DNA from: Rhodothermales bacterium
Lineage (GTDB): Bacteria > Bacteroidota > Rhodothermia > Rhodothermales > UBA10348
Direction of reading: 5' to 3'
NCBI GenBank assembly: GCA_028284865.1
Contig: JANQQV010000012.1
Location: 8,886 to 72,885, forward strand
Length of the DNA stretch: 64,000 nucleotides
A program made the position numbers and the translations under genes. Below the pieces are notes generated by a model. It saw only the letters and a program-made list of their open reading frames with translations, was not told the DNA's origin and made no database searches. Positions 53,769-62,739 of the stretch are shown in pieces (the stretch's first letter is position 1; each line of letters begins with the position of its first letter).

Positions 53769-54656
53769 ATGACGCTTTTGCAGCCACATTTCCCCAGGTT
53801 GATTGCCAGTGCCTCAGAAATGCGCACGTGGTCTGCTGATGCCAAGAGGGAAGGGAAGCGGATCGCATTGGTGCCAACGATGGGAGCACTCCATGAAGGG
53901 CATCTTGCCCTGGTAGCGGAGGCTTCAAAACACGCCGATCAGGTAGTGGCGTCCATCTTTGTCAATCCGACCCAGTTCGGTCCCAATGAAGATTTCGATG
54001 CCTATCCAAGAACACTCGACTCGGACCGGGAGCTTCTGGCACGTGATGGATTCTGTGATGTGGTGTTTGCGCCTTCAGTTGCGGACATGTATCCGCTGGG
54101 CGAGAATCTGACCTGGGTGACGGTGGATAGCATGGGGGATCATCTTTGCGGAGCGACTCGCCCCGGGCACTTCAGGGGCGTGACGACCGTGGTTTCCAGA
54201 CTGTTTGCCATCACATCGCCTGACGTAGCTGTATTTGGCATGAAGGATGCCCAGCAGTTCTTCATTCTGAATCGTATGACGCAGGAGATGGGATTCGGAA
54301 CCCGTCTGGTCGGTCTTCCGACGGTTCGAGAAGCCGATGGACTGGCGCTCTCGTCCAGGAATCGATACTTGACGTCTGCAGAGCGGGCCGCTGCGCCACT
54401 CCTGAACAGATTGCTGAATGAGGCCAGTGAAATGGTCGAAAAAGTTGGGCAATTGGACGCTCATGTCCTGGTTGATCACGTCGTCCGTGGCCTCAAGGAC
54501 GAGCCAGCGTGTACAATCGACTACGTCCAATTGGTCGACACAGAGACGCTCCAACCTTTGGAATCCTTGATCAGGGGATCACGCGTATTGCTGGCGCTGG
54601 CAGCTTTTTTTGGCAAGGCGAGGCTCATCGACAACGTCATCATTGACGTAGCCTGA
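53769..54656 (+). CDS. panC: pantoate--beta-alanine ligase
   Basis: VPTMGALHEGHLALV, FVNPTQF, RPGHFRGVTTVV, FGMKDAQQ and LALSSRN match PanC. Confidence 0.95.
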   Translation: MTLLQPHFPRLIASASEMRTWSADAKREGKRIALVPTMGALHEGHLALVAEASKHADQVVASIFVNPTQFGPNEDFDAYPRTLDSDRELLARDGFCDVVFAPSVADMYPLGENLTWVTVDSMGDHLCGATRPGHFRGVTTVVSRLFAITSPDVAVFGMKDAQQFFILNRMTQEMGFGTRLVGLPTVREADGLALSSRNRYLTSAERAAAPLLNRLLNEASEMVEKVGQLDAHVLVDHVVRGLKDEPACTIDYVQLVDTETLQPLESLIRGSRVLLALAAFFGKARLIDNVIIDVA

Positions 54657-54818
54657 TCGCGAGATCGTTGGCATCGGATATTCCGTTGCAACGATTACAT
54701 GCCGCGCGACAGACTCTGAATACACCATGAAGGCCCAGACTCGCGTGAAACCTGCCGTTCGCTGAACGATTACAGCGCCCGGTCCCAACGACTCTCCCTG
54801 ATCCAATTTGCGCCCCGC

Positions 54819-55211
54819 ATGACCATTTCGATGTTCAAAGCCAAGATCCACCGCGTGATTGTCACGCAGGCGGAGCTCTACTACGAAGGCTCGGTTACCG
54901 TTGATCAGGGATTGCTCGACATGGCTGGAATTCTGCCTTACGAGCGGGTTCACATCGTGAATGTGAACAACGGCGCGCGGTTGGAGACGTACACGATCCC
55001 AGCCGAGGCTGGAAGCGGAACGATCTGCCTGAATGGCCCGGCTGCACGTCTCGCGGCAACGGGCGATCAGGTCATCTTGATCTCATATGCGCAGATGACA
55101 CCGGAGGAAGCTCGGGAGCACGAAGCGACGGTGGTTCTGGTTGACGAGAAGAACCGGCCGAAGGAAATCCTTAAGCAGTCCGTTTCAGATCCCGAGATCC
55201 ACACGCACTGA
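54819..55211 (+). CDS. panD: aspartate 1-decarboxylase
   Basis: [25 protein letters not shown] includes the Gly-Ser self-cleavage site. [10 protein letters not shown] is also present. Confidence 0.95.
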   Translation: MTISMFKAKIHRVIVTQAELYYEGSVTVDQGLLDMAGILPYERVHIVNVNNGARLETYTIPAEAGSGTICLNGPAARLAATGDQVILISYAQMTPEEAREHEATVVLVDEKNRPKEILKQSVSDPEIHTH

Positions 55212-55217
55212 GGCCGC

Positions 55218-56198
55218 TCAGGTCCCTGGTTCTTCGTCTCCGTCGAAGAACTTCGAGTAGGCGGTGATGATGTCCTTGACCAGCTTGTGCCGGACCACAT
55301 CCTTCTCGTTAAAGTACACGAAATCGATCCCTGTGACGCCAGAGAGGATATCCTTGGCTTGCGCCAGGCCGCTTGTGTCGCGTGAGGGTAGATCCGTCTG
55401 AGTCAGGTCCCCGGTGATGATCGCGCGGCTGTTGGCTCCGAGACGCGTCAAGAACATCTTCATCTGAAGGGCGGTTGCGTTCTGGGCTTCGTCCAGGATG
55501 ACGAAGGCTGAATTCAGGGTCCGACCACGCATGTACGCCAATGGAACGATTTCCACTGTGTTGTTCTCCATGTAGGTCTTCAGCTTCTCTTTCGGAAGCA
55601 TGTCCTCGAGCGCATCGTAGAGCGGGCGAAGGTACGGGTCGACCTTGTCCCGGAGATCACCAGGGAGGAATCCAAGTCGCTCGCCGGCTTCTACCGCAGG
55701 TCGACACAAAACAATGCGCTTGACCTGCTTGGATTTCAACGCGGCAACGGCCAGCGCAACAGCGGTATATGTTTTTCCCGTTCCGGCCGGCCCGATGGCA
55801 AACACGATGTCATTGGAACGCGCCGATTCGACCAGCTTGATCTGGTTGGGTGTCTTGGCCTTGACACTGCCGCCATGTGGCGTAAACAACACCGTGTGGT
55901 GCGACCCGCCTTGGCGCAGCATGGCCGATGAGCCGTCGCCGCTGACAAAGAGGGCCAAGACTGTGTCGACGTCATTCTCAGTCAGATTACCGTTGCGATT
56001 CAACAGCACGATCATCTCATCGAGAATCCGGCTGATGGTGTCGACGTCGGTATCGTCGCCTTTCAGGACGACCTGATTGCCACGTGCCGTGATCTGGGTT
56101 TCTGGAAACGCGCGCTCGATGCGTTTCAGATAGATGTCATTGAAGCCGAAAAGGAGAAGGGGTTTGGCTTGTTCGATTTCCAGTCTTCTTTCTTTCAA
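55218..56198 (-). CDS. phoH: PhoH-family ATPase
   Basis: It has Walker A (GPAGTGKTY) and ILDEAQN. The start appears to be TTG at 56198, since no in-frame ATG lies upstream of the conserved N-terminus. Confidence 0.85.
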   Translation of the reverse strand: MKERRLEIEQAKPLLLFGFNDIYLKRIERAFPETQITARGNQVVLKGDDTDVDTISRILDEMIVLLNRNGNLTENDVDTVLALFVSGDGSSAMLRQGGSHHTVLFTPHGGSVKAKTPNQIKLVESARSNDIVFAIGPAGTGKTYTAVALAVAALKSKQVKRIVLCRPAVEAGERLGFLPGDLRDKVDPYLRPLYDALEDMLPKEKLKTYMENNTVEIVPLAYMRGRTLNSAFVILDEAQNATALQMKMFLTRLGANSRAIITGDLTQTDLPSRDTSGLAQAKDILSGVTGIDFVYFNEKDVVRHKLVKDIITAYSKFFDGDEEPGT

Positions 56199-56248
56199 AT
56201 CGGGGAGTGCTACCTCGTATTTTCCGGATTCGTGCTGTCCTTTCCGGA

Positions 56249-57142
56249 ATGAATCAACTCATGACCAACTCACTGACTGAGCCGCCTGTAGTTCGGAAAT
56301 TCGTGCTCGAATTTACAAAAATGAGCGGCGCAGGAAATGATTTTATTGTCATCGATAACCGGTTCTACCGCTTTTCGGCAGAAGAGTTGTCCACGATGGC
56401 TCAACGGTTCTGCGCCCGCAGGACGGGCGTGGGGGCTGATGGGTTGTTGGCGCTTCAGGTTGCTGACCGTGACGACGTGGCTTACCGTATGGCCTATTAC
56501 AACGCCGACGGATCGCTCGGGACCATGTGCGGCAACGGGGCGCGGTGCCTTGCCCTCTTTGCTCATCTTGCCGGATTGAATGCCGATCCGCTTGCTTTCT
56601 CCTCGGACGCCGGCGATTATCGCGCATCGGTGCTTGATGGTGAGACCGTGCGATTGTTCGTGCCATCACCGCGATCATTCCGCCCATCATTCCCGATAGA
56701 ATCAGACGTGGACCTGGCCTCAGACCGATGCCATTACCTGTGGACCGGTACTGAACACTTGGTGGTGTTCGTAGATGACGTCTCAACCACCGATGTGGAG
56801 GGCACTGGCCCCGTCCTGCGTCGCGACCCTGCTCTGGGAGAGAACGGGGCCAATGTTAATTTCGTCGAGGTGATGGATGAAGGCGGTGACGGCGCACCGG
56901 CTCGACTGCGCGTGCGCACTTTCGAGAAAGGGGTTGAAGCCGAGACGCTGGCTTGTGGTACTGGCTCCATTGCGTCGAGCATGGTCAGTGCCTTGACTGG
57001 CCGCTCGTCGGCTCGACGTTTCGAGGTATCAATGCCCGGAGGTGTGCTCGCCGTCGGATTTGAGGGGGCTGCCTCCGAAACTCAAGAGCTTTACCTCGAA
57101 GGTCCAGCGACCATTGTTTACCGCGGCAGCCTCGAGCTCTGA
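56249..57142 (+). CDS. dapF: diaminopimelate epimerase
   Basis: FTKMSGAGNDFIVID is present, and the two catalytic Cys motifs are MCGNGARC and LACGTGS. The start was taken as the ATG at 56249, and the ORF opens at a GTG at 56207. Confidence 0.9.
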   Translation: MNQLMTNSLTEPPVVRKFVLEFTKMSGAGNDFIVIDNRFYRFSAEELSTMAQRFCARRTGVGADGLLALQVADRDDVAYRMAYYNADGSLGTMCGNGARCLALFAHLAGLNADPLAFSSDAGDYRASVLDGETVRLFVPSPRSFRPSFPIESDVDLASDRCHYLWTGTEHLVVFVDDVSTTDVEGTGPVLRRDPALGENGANVNFVEVMDEGGDGAPARLRVRTFEKGVEAETLACGTGSIASSMVSALTGRSSARRFEVSMPGGVLAVGFEGAASETQELYLEGPATIVYRGSLEL

Positions 57143-57178
57143 ATCCTTTTGTAGCCCAACTTCTGTTTGAACGAAAAA

Positions 57179-57208
57179 GGGCGCCCGGTGCATACCGGGC
57201 GCCCTTTT
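57179..57208. terminator. bidirectional rho-independent terminator
   Basis: GGGCGCCCGGT-gcat-ACCGGGCGCCC is an 11-bp stem flanked by AAAAA and TTTT. It lies between the convergent dapF and ppiD-like genes. Confidence 0.85.
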
Positions 57209-57256
57209 CAGATGGATTGCGCCACAAAGAGCGCCATCCTGATTCTAATCTCCCGC

Positions 57257-59341
57257 TTACTGCAGGAAGAGGCGACGATTGTCGACAATGTCAGCCGATT
57301 CGCGCAGGGCCGTGATCCACTGGGCGCGGACCAGGTTCTGCTGACGGGAGCTGAGCTGAGTCTGGAGATTGGTGTACTCCGAAGGCTGGATGGCACCCGG
57401 TGTATTCACGTTGGTCACCTGAATGACGTAAACCGCATTCGGGCCTTCAATGACACCGCTGGTTTCGCCGGCCTCCATGGCCATGGCCGTACCCACAAAG
57501 ACGGCATCACGACCGATACCGGGTACAGACTGGTTGGCGTAGGAGAGACCCGGAGCTTCGCGCTCTGCCGTGGACAGACGGTCGGCCAGCCCTTCAAATC
57601 CTTCAGCCAGCGCAGCTTCCATGCGTTCTGCCTGCACTTCGGCCTTAAGCTGATTGCGCAGACGCGGCTCTAGCTGAGCCCGAACATCTTCAAACGGCGT
57701 GTAACCTGCGTCGTTGACCTGATTCACGGTAGCGACCATGAAGAAGTCATTCAGCTCGATGACCGGGCTTACATCACCTTCCGACGCTGTGGCCAGGAAG
57801 TTCAGGAGGGCACGGGAGTTTCCGATCCCCGGGATGAACTGTTGGTCTTCTTCGACTGCGACCGTACGAATCTCGAGTTCACGACGGGAAGCTTCGCCTT
57901 CGAAATCATCTTCTTCAGCGGCGAAGTACTGGAGGTCGTCCAGGTTGGACTGTACGCGATTGAGCGTCTGAACACTCGCACGCAGCGTGAGGGCGTAGTC
58001 TGCAATCTGGGCTTCTTCCGTGGCGCGGTCCGTGACTTCGATCAGGTGGTAGCCGAACTGCGTTTCGACAGGACCAACAATCTGGCCGACGCGGGCACCG
58101 AATGCTGCTTCCTCGAAAGGAGCAACCATGCGGCCCGGTCCGAACCAGCCGAGGTCGCCACCGCGCTGAGCGGTGCCGTCATCGGAGTGCTCTGCTGCCA
58201 GTGCGACGAAGTCGCCGCCATTGAGCAGCTGACGACGGACGTCACGTGCTTCGGCGAGCGCTTCAGCACGACCTTCGTCATCGCCTTCCGTTGCACGGAA
58301 AAGGATGTGACGGGCACGTACGGCCGTCTCTTCCGGAGGACGGACGTCGATCACCTTGATGAGGTGGATCTGGCCGCCAGAGATGATCGGTCCAACTACC
58401 TGGCCTGCTTCGATATCCTCAAACACTGCCTCGGCAATGTCATCAGCCAGCTCGTCACGGCGGAAGTATGCGTCCGTCCAAGGACGCTCGGATCCGTTGC
58501 GGGCGAGGAAGAGAGAGTCATCCTCGGCGATTGCGAACGAGTCGCGCAGTCCTTCCACGTCAGCCAAAACAGCTGCCGTATCGGCCGCCGTCGGGGCTTT
58601 CGAAGACGTCACGTAGGAGAGATCGAACGACTTTTCGCGAGAAAATTCGTCGCGCACGTCGTTGTAGAACGAGCGCAGGTCGCCGTCATCGTACGAGATT
58701 TCGTCATCGGGAAGGGAGGAGAAGCGGAGGGCGACGTAGCGCACGTCAACCGTTTTATTGCGCTGCTCGTACTCTTCCTCGATATCAGCTTCCGTGATGC
58801 GAACCGTCGAGTTGATCAGGTTCTCGAGCTTCTGACGACGACGCTCACTGCGCAGGTAGTTCTCGATATTGATCCAGTCGGCTGTGGCATCCGGGTTGGC
58901 GATGAAGTTCTGCAGCAGGGCACGATCCACGCCTCCGTTGCCGTCGCTGAAGTAAGCGACAATGATCGGATGCGGGTTGTCACCCTGGATCATCTCAATC
59001 AACTCGTCATCGGATACATCGAGGCCGAGGCGCTCCATCTCCTGCTCCCGAAGACGGGATTCCACCAACTGGTTGAACACGCGATCACGCGTCTGGTCCA
59101 GCATCTGGGGAGGCATCGTGTCGCCAGTCTGGTTCTGGTAGCTCTGTACCTGCTGATCAACCGCGGCATTGTACTCGTCAACTGAAATCGGATCGCCGTT
59201 TACCGTACCGATGTTGTTGCTCAGGTTGCCGACGGCATCGAGACCACCGGAGTCCTGGATAACCCAGATGACGCCGAAGGCAAATACCAGAATCCAAAGA
59301 ATAGCTCCGGTATTCTCCCGGAGATTGTTCATTACGCCCAT
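57257..59341 (-). CDS. ppiD: PpiD-like periplasmic chaperone / parvulin-type peptidyl-prolyl isomerase
   Basis: It has an N-terminal anchor ([28 protein letters not shown]), a SurA-N-like region and a parvulin domain ([27 protein letters not shown]). Confidence 0.75.
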   Translation of the reverse strand: MGVMNNLRENTGAILWILVFAFGVIWVIQDSGGLDAVGNLSNNIGTVNGDPISVDEYNAAVDQQVQSYQNQTGDTMPPQMLDQTRDRVFNQLVESRLREQEMERLGLDVSDDELIEMIQGDNPHPIIVAYFSDGNGGVDRALLQNFIANPDATADWINIENYLRSERRRQKLENLINSTVRITEADIEEEYEQRNKTVDVRYVALRFSSLPDDEISYDDGDLRSFYNDVRDEFSREKSFDLSYVTSSKAPTAADTAAVLADVEGLRDSFAIAEDDSLFLARNGSERPWTDAYFRRDELADDIAEAVFEDIEAGQVVGPIISGGQIHLIKVIDVRPPEETAVRARHILFRATEGDDEGRAEALAEARDVRRQLLNGGDFVALAAEHSDDGTAQRGGDLGWFGPGRMVAPFEEAAFGARVGQIVGPVETQFGYHLIEVTDRATEEAQIADYALTLRASVQTLNRVQSNLDDLQYFAAEEDDFEGEASRRELEIRTVAVEEDQQFIPGIGNSRALLNFLATASEGDVSPVIELNDFFMVATVNQVNDAGYTPFEDVRAQLEPRLRNQLKAEVQAERMEAALAEGFEGLADRLSTAEREAPGLSYANQSVPGIGRDAVFVGTAMAMEAGETSGVIEGPNAVYVIQVTNVNTPGAIQPSEYTNLQTQLSSRQQNLVRAQWITALRESADIVDNRRLFLQ

Positions 59342-59658
59342 GGACGAACCTCAATCGTGATGGCGAATGGTAGTTGGGTAACCAAGCGACAGGTCATTCA
59401 ACAGGCGCGATTCTCGCGCCAGACCGGCCGAAGGCTTTAGTCGCCTTGAATGTCAGTGCTTCTAAGTCTGTGCAATGCCTCAAAAAAGCCTCTGACAGGC
59501 CGGTTTTCAGCATTTTCTCTAAGCCCGGAAATATACAGTAAATCAGGGCAATAGTTCGCCGGGTTCTCAGAAGATTAAAACGGGCGATTCGGGGTGGGAG
59601 AGGGGCTTCAATTCCGGCTGGGTGGCCTTGCTGGATGGGTGAGGGCACTAAAAACAGG

Positions 59659-59689
59659 AAGGGCGCGCGGCCTGTGGCCGCGCGCCCTT
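59659..59689 (-). terminator. GC-rich hairpin downstream of the sigma-factor gene
   Basis: AAGGGCGCGCGGCC-tgt-GGCCGCGCGCCCTT is the stem-loop. On the - strand it is followed by CCTGTTTTT. The T-run is offset by 4 nt, so efficiency is uncertain. Confidence 0.5.
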
Positions 59690-59779
59690 TCCCTCCCTCT
59701 TCGATTCCCACGGGCAGTCACGGCCCGACAGAATCAGAATGTGGTGGTCTTGAAACCGCCTGATTGACCTCGAAGGGGC

Positions 59780-60541
59780 TCAGGCAGCTTTGTTGGAGAC
59801 CATCGCCAGCTGGGCACGAAGGGTCTTGAGGACCTTCGCAAGGATCTGGCTGATGCGTGCTTCGGTGCGGTCCATGAGACCAGCAATCTCGCGAAGCGTA
59901 AGGTTTTCGAAGTAGTAGAGTGCGAGGATGGTCTGCTCGCGCTCTGGAAGCTCTGCGATGAGGGTCTTGATGTAGTCTTTCAGCGACTCACGATCGATGG
60001 CTTCGAATGCTGCGGCGGTGTCCTCATTCGGGATGGATTCGATCATCGTGTGATCGCTTTCACCATCAATGGGGGCGTGCAGCGAAAGGGAGAAACGGCA
60101 CTGTGCGTCGCGAAGGAGGGTGTGATACTCGATGAGCGTCATATCCATTTCGGCTGCGACCTGGTGGTCGGAAGGCTCTTCACCCAGTTCCTGGCGCAGA
60201 TTGTCCATGATCTGGTGTGCGGAAGCCAGCAGTCGGCGACGTTCGCGGGGGAGGGCGTCGATCGAGCGGAGGTAGTCGACCAGCGCGCCGCGGATGCGAC
60301 CGTAAGCGTAAGAGACAAAAGGCGTACCGCGCTCCGGGTCAAAGCCGTCCAAGGCCTGAAGCAAGCCCATCTGACCAACGCTTTCGAGGTCTTCACGAGT
60401 GGCCAGGGGGTGATCCGGAATCGAAAGGCGTCCGACGATGGAGCGAACGAGTGGAACGGCGGCCAGAACAACGGCTTCCCGATTCTTCTCGGTGGGCTCG
60501 GCAACGAACTGTACGGCGATGCTTTGGAGATCCTGTGACAT
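59780..60541 (-). CDS. group-3 sigma-70-family RNA polymerase sigma factor (FliA/WhiG-like)
   Basis: Region 2 is GLLQALDGFDPERGTPFVSYAYGRIRGALVDYLR. A region 3 is present. Region 4 is LPEREQTILALYYFENLTLREIAGLMDRTEARISQILAKVLKTLR. Confidence 0.8.
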   Translation of the reverse strand: MSQDLQSIAVQFVAEPTEKNREAVVLAAVPLVRSIVGRLSIPDHPLATREDLESVGQMGLLQALDGFDPERGTPFVSYAYGRIRGALVDYLRSIDALPRERRRLLASAHQIMDNLRQELGEEPSDHQVAAEMDMTLIEYHTLLRDAQCRFSLSLHAPIDGESDHTMIESIPNEDTAAAFEAIDRESLKDYIKTLIAELPEREQTILALYYFENLTLREIAGLMDRTEARISQILAKVLKTLRAQLAMVSNKAA

Positions 60542-60574
60542 GACTGAAGGGGGATTCGATGAGGGGGAGTGTGC

Positions 60575-60868
60575 TCAGGCGGCCAGGGCCTCCCGGGCTG
60601 AGGTCGTCGATTCCTGTTCAAGCATATCCTCTTCCAGCCAGTCCAGTTCGGGTGCGTCCGCTGTGAACGTCACCGAGGTCAGGGCATCCCGCTTCGTTTC
60701 CAGATACCGGTGGACGGAGTAGTCACCGAGGAGAAGGAAGAAGCACAGTGTGCATCCAGCAAGGATTCCAACGGCGATGGCGAAGAACACCGGACTGCCG
60801 GACTGAATCAGGTTCACGGACGCAATGGCTGCGACGAGCAAACTGAGCTGAATGAAGAGGGAACGCAT
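60575..60868 (-). CDS. small two-TM membrane protein with acidic C-terminal tail
   Basis: ORF 60575..60916 trimmed to the ATG at 60868, because the longer start lies inside the predicted -24/-12 promoter. The sequence begins MRSLFIQLSLLVAAIASVNLIQSGSPVFFAIAVGILAGCTLCFFLLL. It ends 33 nt upstream of the sigma gene. Confidence 0.5.
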   Translation of the reverse strand: MRSLFIQLSLLVAAIASVNLIQSGSPVFFAIAVGILAGCTLCFFLLLGDYSVHRYLETKRDALTSVTFTADAPELDWLEEDMLEQESTTSAREALAA

Positions 60869-60906
60869 GGTGGTGAGGGTGTGAATGAATCGACAGCCCT
60901 CACCAG

Positions 60907-60922
60907 AGCAAAGCACATGCCA
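60907..60922 (-). promoter_or_regulatory. sigma-54 (-24/-12) promoter TGGCATGTGCTTTGCT
   Basis: The - strand reads CAG-TGGCATG-TGCT-TTGCT, which matches the consensus TGGCACG-N4-TTGCW in spacing and at all core positions except one (C to T). The -12 element ends 38 nt upstream of the 60868 ATG. An NtrC-type activator gene is immediately upstream. Confidence 0.65.
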
Positions 60923-61107
60923 CTGCCTTCACGCATCGACCGAATCGCTTTCAGATCGGCAATTCAAAGATGTGTCGAAGCGCTTAAGAAAAGGGGAATG
61001 TGCGCCGATACGCTCTGAAAAGGCCCTTTTCGCTACCGTACGGCGATCCATCACCTTTTTTTGGTTTCCGGCAACTCCTGCCCGTTCCTCCGGGCGGATT
61101 TCTTTCC

Positions 61108-61128
61108 AAGCGGAAAACTTTTCCGCTT
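61108..61128. promoter_or_regulatory. perfect 21-bp palindrome AAGCGGAAAA-C-TTTTCCGCTT (candidate activator binding site)
   Basis: Read directly. It is about 190-200 nt upstream of the -24 element and 31 nt beyond the activator gene stop. The 1-nt centre rules out an RNA hairpin and favours a dimer-binding DNA site. Confidence 0.45.
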
Positions 61129-61158
61129 CACCACCCCATTCAGACCGGAAAAACCTTC

Positions 61159-62571
61159 CTAGTCGATCAATCCGTCTTCGCGATACTTGCGAAGCTTATT
61201 CCGGATTGTCCTTGCGCTGATGCCCAGTTTGTCAGCAGCGGCCTGCTGGTTGTTTCCCGTCTCCTCGAGCGCCTGAAGGATCATGAATCGCTCCATGTCG
61301 TCGATCGTGGAAAGCTTTGGGCTGGCGGGGTCGGTGCCTTTGTCCATCATCGGGTCAGCGTCCGAGAAGAAGTCATCATAGACATCGGACTTCTTGATTT
61401 CCGTTCGCTCCGCAGACAGCAGGACACCACGCTGGATCATGTTTTCCAGCTCTCGCACGTTTCCGGGCCACGGATACTGCTCGAAGTGGGCCATCAGTTC
61501 GCTTGACAGCGATTTTTCCTCCAGCGCATAGAGCGAGCAGTATTTCTCGACGAAGTGAGCAGCCAAAAGCGCCACGTCACCTGAGCGTTCCCTCAGCGGG
61601 GGGACGGTGACCGGAAACACCGCGAGGCGGTGATAGAGGTCTTCCCGGAAGATGCCTTCTCCAATGGCCCCGCTCAGGTTTCTGTTGCTGGTGGCAATGA
61701 CCCGGACGTCGACTGTTTTGGTTTCGGTCGATCCTACCCGCTGAATCTCAGATTCCTGGAGAACGCGTAGCAATTTTGCCTGGATGGGCAGCTCGACTTC
61801 CGTGATTTCGTCCAGCAGCAGCGTGCCGCCATCTGCTTTCTCGAAGGCACCGGTCATGTCCTCAATGGCCCCGGTAAATGCACCTTTTTTGTGGCCGAAA
61901 AGGTGGCTCTCAACCAATTCTCGTGGCAGGTTGGCGCAGTTGAGAGTCACGTAGGGACCGCTGGACCGATCGCTGGAATGGTGGATCAGCTTGGCCAACA
62001 CTTCTTTCCCAGTTCCGCTCTCTCCCTGGATGAATACAGGTGCCTTGTTGCCGCTGACGCGGGGGAGAATACCCTTGAGTCGCTGGATGCTCGGCGATTC
62101 ACCGATGTACGTGACGCCTGGAGTGGGCGCTTCGGTTTTTGACCCCTTCCCGGTCGGCCGCGCAGCCGCAGTTGATGCTGTACCTGGATCTGCGGCCGGA
62201 ATCTCCGCTTCCAACGAGGCATTTACGCGATCCAGCAATTCCGCTGTGGTGAACGGCTTCGGGATATAATCGATGGCCCCGTGCTGCATCATCCGGACGG
62301 CGTGCTGGACGTTGGCGTGGGCCGTGACCATGATCACTCGGGTGTCTGGATAGTGCTCACGAATGTGACCGAGGAGCGCAAATCCATCCATGTCCGGCAT
62401 CATGAAATCCGTGATGACCAGGTCGTAAGACGTCTCTTTCATCAGGTCGATGGCCTGAAGGGCGCTCGCACAGCACGTCACTTTGAACCCATTGCGGGTA
62501 AAAAGACGCTCAAACAGGTTATGCAGAAGGTTTTCGTCGTCGACGAACAGCAGATGGGGCTCTTTGGCCAT
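61159..62571 (-). CDS. sigma-54-dependent response regulator (NtrC family: receiver + AAA+ + Fis-type HTH)
   Basis: ORF trimmed to the ATG at 62571. The receiver has LLFVDDE and ITDFMMPDMDG. The AAA+ domain has GESGTGKE, the GAFTGA loop and LLLDEI. The C-terminal HTH is AADKLGISARTIRNKL. Confidence 0.9.
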   Translation of the reverse strand: MAKEPHLLFVDDENLLHNLFERLFTRNGFKVTCCASALQAIDLMKETSYDLVITDFMMPDMDGFALLGHIREHYPDTRVIMVTAHANVQHAVRMMQHGAIDYIPKPFTTAELLDRVNASLEAEIPAADPGTASTAAARPTGKGSKTEAPTPGVTYIGESPSIQRLKGILPRVSGNKAPVFIQGESGTGKEVLAKLIHHSSDRSSGPYVTLNCANLPRELVESHLFGHKKGAFTGAIEDMTGAFEKADGGTLLLDEITEVELPIQAKLLRVLQESEIQRVGSTETKTVDVRVIATSNRNLSGAIGEGIFREDLYHRLAVFPVTVPPLRERSGDVALLAAHFVEKYCSLYALEEKSLSSELMAHFEQYPWPGNVRELENMIQRGVLLSAERTEIKKSDVYDDFFSDADPMMDKGTDPASPKLSTIDDMERFMILQALEETGNNQQAAADKLGISARTIRNKLRKYREDGLID

Positions 62572-62739
62572 CGGGCAAGTCGGAGCGTCTGGTACGGAGT
62601 TCAGATGCCCGAATATACCCAAATCTGCGACCAATCAAGACTGCTGCGGGAGCGCTCAGAAGATCTTGAGAGCTACTGCCCAAGCGGAGCGCATCGGCAA
62701 CGGGAATCGCCACCTGAGACCGGCTTTCGTTGCGTTCCT

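Noticed and set aside
57842-59185. 447-aa ORF on the + strand
   Set aside because: It is antisense to the ppiD-like gene, has shadow-ORF composition and has no recognisable domain.
59394-59711. 105-aa - strand ORF upstream of the ppiD-like gene
   Set aside because: It reads through the GC-rich terminator hairpin of the sigma gene. It has Gly/Pro/Arg low-complexity ends and no motifs.
60885-61506. + strand ORFs 60885-61220 and 61000-61506
   Set aside because: The first spans the regulatory intergenic region. The second is largely antisense to the NtrC-type regulator. Both have junk-like composition.
62572-62739. Sigma-54-like site TGGCGATTCCCGTTGC upstream of the NtrC-type regulator
   Set aside because: The GG to GC spacing is one nucleotide too long, and sigma-54 promoters do not tolerate that.
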